Positions 22,764-30,670 of a stretch of 34,965 bases of DNA are shown here, in pieces. Below the pieces are notes generated by a model. The model ran no database searches. It had not been told where the DNA came from and saw only the letters and a program-made list of their open reading frames with translations. The stretch lies in assembly GCA_035545135.1 (NCBI GenBank), contig DASZZA010000271.1:1-34965 (forward strand), in the 5' to 3' direction. Each line of letters begins with the position of its first letter. Positions within the stretch are counted from its first letter, which is position 1. The stretch comes from Lacipirellulaceae bacterium. GTDB lineage: Bacteria; Planctomycetota; Planctomycetia; Pirellulales; Lacipirellulaceae. The translations under genes were made by a program, and so were the position numbers.

Positions 22764-23498
22764 CTACCTCTCGATAGACGCCATGATGTAATCGACCGAC
22801 AAAGCCTTGGCGGCGGCGGCACCGTTCTGAATGCCCAGCGTGACCGCAATGTCTTCGTCGTCCGGGAAGTTGGTCGTCGTTGAAAGACTGCCAACCTTCA
22901 CGTCGTTGAAGAACACTTCGAGCACCCCGGCATCTTTCGACCAGTGGTAGCCAACCGTGCAGTAGGTATCGCTCACCATCGTTCCTGCCGCGACCGTCGA
23001 AGCCGTCGCATTCTTGACGGCCTTGAAGTTGATCGTGGTCGAGCCATCGGACTTCAGGAAGAACAGTCCGTCCGATGCATCCAACGGTGACGTGTCGGTG
23101 ATCGCAAGACCAATGACCACATCGGAGTCCGACGCGTCACTGGTCTTGAAGCGGGCCTTGAACCACATCTCCTTCGAAGCGGACCAACGGAAGGTTTCGA
23201 GAACCGTTCCGGTGTTGCCGCCCCACTGAAGGAAGGTGTTGTGGTCATCGGTAGCGTCGTTCGTCAGCGTCAGGATACCGTTGGCCGCGCTCGCAAGAGC
23301 AACGGTCCCCGTTCCTGAAACCACGAAATCGCCTGGAACGGCTACAGCCGGATCGGTCGCCGCAGAGTACGGCGCGATATACGACGTGAAGTCGTTCCAG
23401 TACGTGTAGACCTTTGAAGGGTCGGGAGCCACGAACGAGCCGAGAGCAGTGCTCTCGGCCGCATTCGTAACGCCATTAGGGAGATTGGTGGTTGACAT
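22764..23498 (-). CDS. Virion structural protein, beta-sandwich-like; possible capsid decoration or cement protein
   Basis: Start chosen at MSTTNLPNG because of the strong SD AAAGGAGG. 244 aa, directly after the capsid gene. The functional guess is an inference from position. Confidence 0.5.
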   Translation of the reverse strand: MSTTNLPNGVTNAAESTALGSFVAPDPSKVYTYWNDFTSYIAPYSAATDPAVAVPGDFVVSGTGTVALASAANGILTLTNDATDDHNTFLQWGGNTGTVLETFRWSASKEMWFKARFKTSDASDSDVVIGLAITDTSPLDASDGLFFLKSDGSTTINFKAVKNATASTVAAGTMVSDTYCTVGYHWSKDAGVLEVFFNDVKVGSLSTTTNFPDDEDIAVTLGIQNGAAAAKALSVDYIMASIER

Positions 23499-23509
23499 AG
23501 GAGCCTCCT

Positions 23510-24427
23510 TTAAGCGCTCGGGAAGCTGCCCCATGCACATCGCCAATCGTTGTACGTCGGGGTATACCTCTCATAACCTTTCACCAGGAGGTTATCCGTG
23601 GTGAAATCCACCTGCATGTCCGTCTCGAAGGCGATGCGCTTCATGGTGAGAAGCGAGTCCTTCGCCGTGTTGGTCAGGACAAACCAGGCGTTCGGGCTGG
23701 TGAGGTAATCCCAGATGACCAGTTTCGGACGTTCGCCATCCATATCGCGGATAACGTTGACGTCGTTGTTGGCCGTGCCGGGACGGAGTTCCGACTCCAG
23801 GAGCCGCTTCGCCGTTGGCTGCAACGCCACCGGAACCACGAGCTGCTGGCCGCGACCCTTGATCTTCATGCCGCGTTCATCGACCCACGTTGACCGAATG
23901 TTGGTGATCGACTGAAGGTAGGACGATTCATTCAACTGCAACGGCGTCGAGAACGTGTTCGCGACCTCTGCTCCATCAACGGGATGAGCCGTCGAAAACA
24001 GCGCCTGACCATCACCGCCGATGCCGGGGATCAAGGTCGTGCCGTTGTTGAAGATATCGGCGTGCTGGTATTCCTTGAACTCCTTGAAGGAATTCAGAAG
24101 ACCGAGCGCCTGCGGCTTGAACTCGGACTTGTAGAGGTTGTCGTCAATCGCCTTGCGGGTGATGGCGTACATCAATCCGACTTCAAAGCTCTCGGCGTTG
24201 TAGACATAACGCTCGCCGGCATTGTTGTCGGCAAACGTCTGGCCACCTTCCGTCTTGTACTGGGCGTAACCGAGATAGGCCATCTGCACCTTGCGTTCGA
24301 CGGCCATCGTCGATTTGCGCTCGGTGAAGATTTTAGAGAACTGGTTCTCGATCCGATCGTATTCACCCTCTACCGCGTAGAGGCCGGGCTTAAGCAGATC
24401 CCGGATGCTCGTAAGTGAGACTGGCAT
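23510..24427 (-). CDS. Major capsid protein (putative, HK97-fold class)
   Basis: 305-aa ORF with a strong SD (AAGGAG, 8-nt spacing). It lies downstream of the scaffold gene, and its size and position fit a capsid protein. No motif proof. Confidence 0.6.
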   Translation of the reverse strand: MPVSLTSIRDLLKPGLYAVEGEYDRIENQFSKIFTERKSTMAVERKVQMAYLGYAQYKTEGGQTFADNNAGERYVYNAESFEVGLMYAITRKAIDDNLYKSEFKPQALGLLNSFKEFKEYQHADIFNNGTTLIPGIGGDGQALFSTAHPVDGAEVANTFSTPLQLNESSYLQSITNIRSTWVDERGMKIKGRGQQLVVPVALQPTAKRLLESELRPGTANNDVNVIRDMDGERPKLVIWDYLTSPNAWFVLTNTAKDSLLTMKRIAFETDMQVDFTTDNLLVKGYERYTPTYNDWRCAWGSFPSA

Positions 24428-24439
24428 TGGGGTTGCTCC

Positions 24440-25048
24440 TTAAGCTAAACCGGTTTCCTGGTAGATGTTGGCCTGCACGACGACGTAGTTGTAAGCACTC
24501 GCCGCGTCTGAGCCGTTGCCGACGCCTTTCCAGATATCGACGATCCGGAATGGCAGCGTCGCCGTCGTGCCGAACGTGTGAATGTCCAGGTAGGCCGTTG
24601 ACATGCCGTTGTTGGTGTTGCCGGAACCCAGAGCAATGTCGGCGTTGGCACCGACATCAGCTTGCGTGACTGCAACCGCCGTGGTGTTGGAATTGGCCGT
24701 TTGAACCAGGAACATCGGCGGCGTCGCCGTGTTGATGGGCTCGATGTAGGCGACGATTTCCGCGTTTGTCGCGACGTCGGCGCCGGGCCAGTAGTTCGGG
24801 AAAATGGTCTGCTTGTTGGAGAGCGAGTAGTACTTGCAGCCCCGGAAGATACCGACCATCTGGGAAACCCCAGTGCCTGCATCCCACTGCTTTACGTAGC
24901 CGGACGTATCCAGCATGACTGGATCGCCGTAGAAGATTTTCTCGGTGTTGGAATAGAGAATCTTGGCGTTCTTGAAGCCGTACGTCGGTGCGGCACCATC
25001 CGCGCCGCCATAGGACAGCAAGCCCTGTGGAGCAAAGGTATTGGCCAT
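24440..25048 (-). CDS. Capsid-module structural protein of unknown role
   Basis: 202-aa ORF immediately upstream of the capsid gene, preceded by a 210-nt structured untranslated gap. No SD. Confidence 0.55.
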   Translation of the reverse strand: MANTFAPQGLLSYGGADGAAPTYGFKNAKILYSNTEKIFYGDPVMLDTSGYVKQWDAGTGVSQMVGIFRGCKYYSLSNKQTIFPNYWPGADVATNAEIVAYIEPINTATPPMFLVQTANSNTTAVAVTQADVGANADIALGSGNTNNGMSTAYLDIHTFGTTATLPFRIVDIWKGVGNGSDAASAYNYVVVQANIYQETGLA

Positions 25049-25222
25049 TTTAGGTGGTCCGTTGTGTAGCCGGTCTGACCCGTCAGACGGTGGCTGTGGG
25101 TTCAGCAGAGAAAACCTTCTCCGCGCTTTGCTTCTTTAGGTCTCCGACCTCGAAGCACTGGCCACAGCCTGCGGCCTACAATCAACGATGCAAAACTCAG
25201 TAGCAGTGATTTGCATAAATTT

Positions 25223-25253
25223 CAAGAGGCATACTGATTGTTGCTGCCTCTTG
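25223..25253 (-). terminator. 9-bp stem-loop just after the 200-aa gene (weak terminator or processing/stability element)
   Basis: The minus strand reads CAAGAGGCA-13 nt-TGCCTCTTG followed by AAATTTATG. The U-tract is poor. Confidence 0.35.
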
Positions 25254-25258
25254 CTGAA

Positions 25259-25861
25259 TTAGTCGTCGAGCGAAACTTCGTACTTCGGCTTCGGTGCATC
25301 ATCGACGTGCACCATCTGCGTGCGAACGAACGTGTTCTGTCGCACAGCCGGGCTGTTGCTCGTGCCCGCGCCTTCGAATCCACGTGCGGTCGGCGCAAAT
25401 CCGAACTGTGCTCGCGATCCATTCACCTGCTCATCGGCTTCGCGCTTTTCTTCCAACCGTGCTTCATGGACAAGCGCCAGCGGGCATTCTTCCAACCGCA
25501 ATCCTCGAATAACAATATCGCCCTTGGCATCGGCCGGCAGCCAGACGCCCGGATGACGATCGGCCGGAACCGGACGCCAACCGGCGTTGAACATCTTCGC
25601 CTGATTGATCATGTCGGGATTGTCCCGGCCATCCATGCCGAGCACGCTGCAGACGTTCCACTGCAGGGCAAAGCCTTCCTCGTGGTACTTCGCGGCGATC
25701 GCATCAGGAACCTTGTAGGGATCATTTCCGCTTTGGCGAATGCGGCGGATTTCTTCTCCGTTACGGCCAACGGCGATACCACGCCCTAGTGCTGAACCCG
25801 GCGCGGGTGCGGTCGTTTCACGGCCAACGGACTGCTGACGAGATTTGGTTGCGACTGTCAT
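25259..25861 (-). CDS. Hypothetical head-module protein
   Basis: 200-aa ORF between the scaffold gene and the capsid-module genes. Confidence 0.6.
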   Translation of the reverse strand: MTVATKSRQQSVGRETTAPAPGSALGRGIAVGRNGEEIRRIRQSGNDPYKVPDAIAAKYHEEGFALQWNVCSVLGMDGRDNPDMINQAKMFNAGWRPVPADRHPGVWLPADAKGDIVIRGLRLEECPLALVHEARLEEKREADEQVNGSRAQFGFAPTARGFEGAGTSNSPAVRQNTFVRTQMVHVDDAPKPKYEVSLDD

Positions 25862-25875
25862 TTGATCTTTGTCCC

Positions 25876-26841
25876 TCAGTGATTCACATATTTCCCATCT
25901 TTTTCAGCTTTCGCGAGCCATGTCGCGTACTGAACCGGGGTCATGCCGAGAGCTTCGGCGGTTTCCACCTGCTCCCGCGACAAGCGGCGCTGTGCCGGTT
26001 TCAACGATGAACCTGGAACTGTGTCCCGAGATGGGGGAGCGGAGAAACTGGCGCGGCGCTCGGAGCGTTCCGGCTTACGGGTTTCGACTTCACCCTCATC
26101 ATCATCCGGCGTGCGATAGCCCATCTTTTCCTCGATGTACTGGAAGTACTCCGGCGTATCGGCTGCGAAGCCTTTGCGCTTGGCCTCCTTGTCCGCAAGC
26201 AACACCTTGGCGTTCAGAAGATCATCGGTGACGCATTCGGGATGCGATCTGAGCCACTGCTGAGACTTGGGCGACAATCCCTGGATCGAGGCCTCGAACG
26301 GATCAGCCGGAGCCTTTGGCGCTTCGCGGCGCTGCTTTTCCTGCTGTGCCCGCAGTTCGATCTCTCGTTTCTTGCGCTCGCTGTTTTCCAGCGTGACGCC
26401 GATGCGGGCGTTCTCGATCTGAAGGTCGGACTCGCGGTCGGTGTCCCCCAACTCGCGGGCGATTTTCAGTTCCCGCTTGATGGCATCCGACCGGGACTTG
26501 GCATTGGCAATGTCGGTGTTCACCAGATCATACTGCGACTGCATCGCATGGCTGGCGGCCTGAGACGCAGTGCTGAGAGCTTCGTCCGCCTCTCGCGCCT
26601 TCAACTGATAGGCGGCCTTGGTGCGGGCGTTTTCTTCCTTGAGGGCGTCAAGCTGTTTCTGAAGCGCAACGATGGCGTCATCAGGCTCCGCTTCGACGTC
26701 TTCCTTCGGAGCCTTTTTCGGCTCTACGACTTCTTCCTCGTCGTTGCCTTTGGCTTTCTTTTCCGTCTCCGGATCAAGCGTCAGGTCGAGCTGTCTCGGG
26801 TCGATCTCTACGACCAACCCGTCGTCTTCGGTCTTTGCCAT
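25876..26841 (-). CDS. Scaffolding protein
   Basis: 321 aa, strongly Glu/Lys/Ala-rich and coiled-coil-like. Sits between the portal and capsid genes. Confidence 0.7.
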   Translation of the reverse strand: MAKTEDDGLVVEIDPRQLDLTLDPETEKKAKGNDEEEVVEPKKAPKEDVEAEPDDAIVALQKQLDALKEENARTKAAYQLKAREADEALSTASQAASHAMQSQYDLVNTDIANAKSRSDAIKRELKIARELGDTDRESDLQIENARIGVTLENSERKKREIELRAQQEKQRREAPKAPADPFEASIQGLSPKSQQWLRSHPECVTDDLLNAKVLLADKEAKRKGFAADTPEYFQYIEEKMGYRTPDDDEGEVETRKPERSERRASFSAPPSRDTVPGSSLKPAQRRLSREQVETAEALGMTPVQYATWLAKAEKDGKYVNH

Positions 26842-26853
26842 GAGGGATTGTCC

Positions 26854-27255
26854 TTAGATCACCAAATCAGGGTGAGAAATCTTCGCCTTCACCAGAACAT
26901 CCGCGAGGCGGCGGCACTCGACGCCATTGATCGAAACCTTCTCCGTGTCGGAGGGCTTGTATTCCACCCAATCCCCAACACTGACCTTGAAGCCGTGGAA
27001 CTTGTTGGCGTCATCGTCTTCGAACGCGCCGGGACCGACCTTCAGGACCAGACCGACGACACCCTGATAGATGTCTTCCTTCTTGATCTTGTCGCTGAGG
27101 ATGATGCCTCCGGCTGTTTTCTCGGGGCGCTGGTAGATGCCGACAAGAACCTTGCAGGGCGCCAGATCGTAGCCCGACAGATCGCCAATCTGGTCGAGGA
27201 TGACCTGCTTCGGGTCTTTCTCGTGATGCATTTTTAGTGATGTGATAACCGACAT
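26854..27255 (-). CDS. GroES-like co-chaperonin (Cpn10 fold)
   Basis: By eye, VLV...PEKTAGGIILSD...GVVGLVLKVGPG...VSVGDWVEY...LADVLVKAKI aligns to the GroES mobile loop and the VGD core. It has an N-terminal extension of about 30 aa. Confidence 0.7.
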   Translation of the reverse strand: MSVITSLKMHHEKDPKQVILDQIGDLSGYDLAPCKVLVGIYQRPEKTAGGIILSDKIKKEDIYQGVVGLVLKVGPGAFEDDDANKFHGFKVSVGDWVEYKPSDTEKVSINGVECRRLADVLVKAKISHPDLVI

Positions 27256-27267
27256 GAGGGATGCTCT

Positions 27268-27474
27268 CTATTTGCCTTTGCGAAGATCAGTTTCGACGCT
27301 TTCACAAAAATCGCGGGCCTTCTTCAGCCCGCGCATAAGCCCAACAAGCTCTCGGTATTCTTCGAGGGTCGATGCGGAACCGTTGACAAGAGAGTTCCCG
27401 GTTCGCGTTTCTTCCTCGATCAAACGCGCCACCAGCATATTGAGGCTTCGCGTATCGAACGTCTGGACTGTCAT
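27268..27474 (-). CDS. Small hypothetical protein
   Basis: 68-aa ORF with an ATGA overlap onto the upstream gene. Confidence 0.55.
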   Translation of the reverse strand: MTVQTFDTRSLNMLVARLIEEETRTGNSLVNGSASTLEEYRELVGLMRGLKKARDFCESVETDLRKGK

Positions 27475-27884
27475 TTCTTGCCGAGCTTCTGCAACCGCCC
27501 CAAGCCAGAGCCCGAACCGGCAGTCATCACCCGACCACCGGTCTTGCGCATCATCGGTGGACCGCCCATCGGAGGGCCGGGAGGCATTGGCGGCGGTGGT
27601 CCAGCCATCGGCGGTGCTGGCGGCGGCAGGGGCATAGGTGCGGGAGGCGGTGCATCAGGCTTGCTGCCGCCTGCGATGATGACGTTGACGACCGTCCCCT
27701 TTTTGCCAGCGCGATCGAGTCTGGGCTTGGCTTTGCCGCCATCGACGCCAGGCATGTCCGGTTCATCCGAGCCGCTGCCCATCACGGGAAGTGCGTCATC
27801 GTCCGAAATATCATCCGGAACGCGGCCTCCGGAAGCGTAGCATTTCACGTCATGAGAGGCTTTGTTGCCGACACGAATCTTCAT
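27471..27884 (-). CDS. Pro/Met/Gly-rich small protein with two GGRV motifs
   Basis: 137 aa containing YASGGRV near the N-terminus, PPPAPMPLPPPAPPMAGPPPPMPPGPPMGGPPMM, and KTGGRV near the C-terminus. ATGA overlap with the portal stop. Confidence 0.6.
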   Translation of the reverse strand: MKIRVGNKASHDVKCYASGGRVPDDISDDDALPVMGSGSDEPDMPGVDGGKAKPRLDRAGKKGTVVNVIIAGGSKPDAPPPAPMPLPPPAPPMAGPPPPMPPGPPMGGPPMMRKTGGRVMTAGSGSGLGRLQKLGKK

Positions 27885-30154
27885 GGGCCAAATCCTTGTG
27901 GTTGCATCGGAGGTCTACGCATAGGCGGGGGTGCAAAACTCATCGGTGGCCGTCCTAAGCCTCCAAGCCCCATCGGAACGGCCATCGGCGGTCGCTGTGG
28001 AGGCATGCCAGGCGGTGCGCCGGGCTGTTGCGGGGGTTTCAACGACATCAGAGGCGACAGCTGTTTGATCTGCTCATCCACGATGCCGTCGCTGGTTGGA
28101 TGCACGGCGAGAGAGCTGGCGAGTTTCAGAACCTCGATGTTCTGCTTCGCCTCGCGGTCCTTGGCCCGGTTCTGGGAGTCCGACATAACCTTGATGGCGT
28201 TGATCTTGTTGGACTGCTGTTTGACGTCGATTTCTTTCATCTTGATCATGGCTTCGGGCGACGGACCGGTCGGTGCGGCCTGGGGCACAGCCATCAGCTC
28301 GGTTGGGTTATCGACGTCCAGCATTTCAAGGACGTAGGAGAGAACGGCCTGCTTGTTGAACATGTCCGGCGCGGCCATCGCCAACTGCTGCACGGCCTGG
28401 GCTTTCATCACCCGGTGCATGTGTGACGGAACGTTCGGGTCGGCTTTCGGAACGATGTCGCAGCGATCAAGAGCCGCCATGAACAGCGTCACGTCTTTGG
28501 CGAGTGCAGGGCGTTTGTTGCCGCGCCACAAGGCTTCCGGGTCTTCGCGGAACAACTCGCACAAGAGCTTGAATTCTTCCGCCTGCGCCGCGTGCAGGGC
28601 TTTGTGGACGGCACCTTCGATCTTGGTCGCCTGCTCGATCAGAGCCAGGGTGGTTCCAACTGGCGCATCCTGTTTGCCTTCACCGACCGGGGTATCGGCC
28701 GTGCCGCCAACTCTCTGAGCGACATCGCGAAGCTGGGCAATCAGCGCCATGTGGCCCGGACCAGCCTCGTGGTAAGGCATGTTCATGACGACATCGCGGA
28801 TGGGCTTGCCGCCCGTCTCTACGGCCTGTCCACCGCCCGGAGGAATCCGGAACTCGTTGGTCATCTGCCGCGCGTCTTGCTTGGCAAACAAGAACCCCGG
28901 GAAGTTCCCGAACATCCCCGCATCGATCGCTTCCCGCTCAAGGGCGGTCAGTGCGTTCGTAAGATTGCCCAGAATGTGTAGAAGGCCAATGCCATAGAAA
29001 CCAAGCCCCGTAGCATAAGGAAACGCAACGAAGGGGATCTTGGCTTGGTAGTCTTCATCGTTCTCGGCCCAATTGCGGCGGATTTCGAGTATCTGGCGCG
29101 AGTCTTTCTCGATGGTCACGCGATAGGGCAACGGCAGTCCCGTCTTCTTGCCCTTATCGGTATGCTCGAAACCTTCGAGATCAAGTTCGCAGTAGCACTC
29201 ATAAACCGTGTAGGCCTGATCCTGAGGCCGTTCGGACTTGGCTTGCAGGCCTTGAACGCGGGCGATCTTCTGCTGCACCACGTTGGGGTCTGGGATCGGG
29301 TCGGAGATCAAGTCAATGTCACGGTAGACGCCCAAGATCTGCATGCGCTTCATGGTTGAGCGCTTCATGGAGATCTGGTGCGTAATTCTCTGAGCTGATT
29401 TCAGGTCGGTAATCGCGTCCGAGACAATCAGGTCGGCCGCGTCAACGGTTTCGGATACCGGACGACGCTTGATCGGATCGCGGTAAACCTTCTTGAAGGC
29501 CAGACCGGAAAAACCGGTCCAGAAGTACATGCGCCGTGAGTCTGGATAATACTCCGTCGCCGTCGTGGTGAGATAGAAGTTCAGGTCTTTTTCGAGCTTG
29601 TTCGCCAACAGATCGGACTGAACATTCTCGTCACCGTAATCGACCGCTTTGACCGGGCCAGAGGCGGGGAGCATTTCGCCCTGAGCATTGGCTTGAAAGC
29701 GGAGAACGGCTTCGAGCATCACCGGATCGCGAACGACGGACATGCCTTCGAGCGGGGCGGAACTTGCACCTACGCCGGATTTGGGGTCTTCGAGTTTGAT
29801 CCCCAGCATGTCGATGCCGCGCGACCGGGCGTTCAACCATTCGGCACGGCTTTTGTCGTCGGCTTCAATCCCTTCCAGAAGGTCTTCGGCAATCGTTCCG
29901 AGCAGCGTCCAGTCCAGAGCATTGGCAAGGTTGGCGTCATGCTCGGATGTGTCAACGTCTGGATCGGTCTCAGGGCTGAAGTCCACAACCACCGAGCCGT
30001 CTTCCATCGGGATGGAAATCGCTCCGGTTTCATCGGGGACAGGCGGCAAAGCGAGGGGATCGTCCATCACGACATTCACGGCCGTATCCGGAGCAGACGC
30101 AGTTTTCCTGCCTCTCGCCTTCTTGGGAGAGTTGGACGATCTGGATTTTGCCAT
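27881..30154 (-). CDS. Portal protein
   Basis: 757-aa ORF downstream of terL. The size is typical of P22/N4-class portals. Acidic N-region and a Pro/Met-rich C-terminal tail. Confidence 0.75.
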   Translation of the reverse strand: MAKSRSSNSPKKARGRKTASAPDTAVNVVMDDPLALPPVPDETGAISIPMEDGSVVVDFSPETDPDVDTSEHDANLANALDWTLLGTIAEDLLEGIEADDKSRAEWLNARSRGIDMLGIKLEDPKSGVGASSAPLEGMSVVRDPVMLEAVLRFQANAQGEMLPASGPVKAVDYGDENVQSDLLANKLEKDLNFYLTTTATEYYPDSRRMYFWTGFSGLAFKKVYRDPIKRRPVSETVDAADLIVSDAITDLKSAQRITHQISMKRSTMKRMQILGVYRDIDLISDPIPDPNVVQQKIARVQGLQAKSERPQDQAYTVYECYCELDLEGFEHTDKGKKTGLPLPYRVTIEKDSRQILEIRRNWAENDEDYQAKIPFVAFPYATGLGFYGIGLLHILGNLTNALTALEREAIDAGMFGNFPGFLFAKQDARQMTNEFRIPPGGGQAVETGGKPIRDVVMNMPYHEAGPGHMALIAQLRDVAQRVGGTADTPVGEGKQDAPVGTTLALIEQATKIEGAVHKALHAAQAEEFKLLCELFREDPEALWRGNKRPALAKDVTLFMAALDRCDIVPKADPNVPSHMHRVMKAQAVQQLAMAAPDMFNKQAVLSYVLEMLDVDNPTELMAVPQAAPTGPSPEAMIKMKEIDVKQQSNKINAIKVMSDSQNRAKDREAKQNIEVLKLASSLAVHPTSDGIVDEQIKQLSPLMSLKPPQQPGAPPGMPPQRPPMAVPMGLGGLGRPPMSFAPPPMRRPPMQPQGFGP

Positions 30155-30157
30155 GAG

Positions 30158-30367
30158 TTAGTTTGCCTTGAGCACTGTTATGGTCGCCATAAGGCGCGTC
30201 AGCTCGTTGATGCGCCTAACCGCTTCCTGAATTTCTCTGGAGCGGTCGAGAACGCCAAAAGGCTCGCCAATATCCTGCCCGTGCTCCGCAAGCCGCATCT
30301 TCAGACTTTCCGCCCAATAAGCTGCCAGAGTTGCAATCTCGCGCTCTTGGAGGTGGGAGAACATCAA
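30158..30367 (-). CDS. Small hypothetical protein
   Basis: 69-aa ORF with an ATGA overlap onto the upstream gene. Confidence 0.5.
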   Translation of the reverse strand: MMFSHLQEREIATLAAYWAESLKMRLAEHGQDIGEPFGVLDRSREIQEAVRRINELTRLMATITVLKAN

Positions 30368-30618
30368 TTCACCTGCTCTGCCGGCGCAGCACCGTTCGCT
30401 TCTGCATCGGCCTGAGCTTTTGCCCGTGCCGCTTCCGCCATGTTCACAAGCTCATCCGTATAGGAATAAAGCCGGGCAACGTGCGAGCGCAGGGCTTCAA
30501 CCGGGAACTGCTGCGGAGGGTTCACGATCAGAGTGTGAAGTTCTCTGGCTCCGCGTTCAAGCAGAGCGAGAAGAACTTCGACGTTCGAAGTCGGCAATGC
30601 AGCTTTTGCTTCAGACAT
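30364..30618 (-). CDS. Small hypothetical protein
   Basis: Start moved to the internal ATG (MSEAKAALP...), which is preceded by AAGGAAAA. The longer form would overlap the terL end. Confidence 0.5.
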   Translation of the reverse strand: MSEAKAALPTSNVEVLLALLERGARELHTLIVNPPQQFPVEALRSHVARLYSYTDELVNMAEAARAKAQADAEANGAAPAEQVN

Positions 30619-30670
30619 TTTATGGTTTTCCTTGGAGGGATTTATCGGAAACGCATACCGAAAAGGACAT

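Noticed and set aside
26242-27237. 331-aa plus-strand ORF.
   Set aside because: It is antisense to the Glu/Lys-rich scaffold gene and the GroES-like gene. Its Leu/Phe/Arg-rich sequence is the expected mirror image of a coiled-coil gene.
29693-30415. 240-aa plus-strand ORF over the portal 5' region.
   Set aside because: Antisense frame with Arg/Gly/His-rich composition. It spans three well-coupled minus-strand genes.
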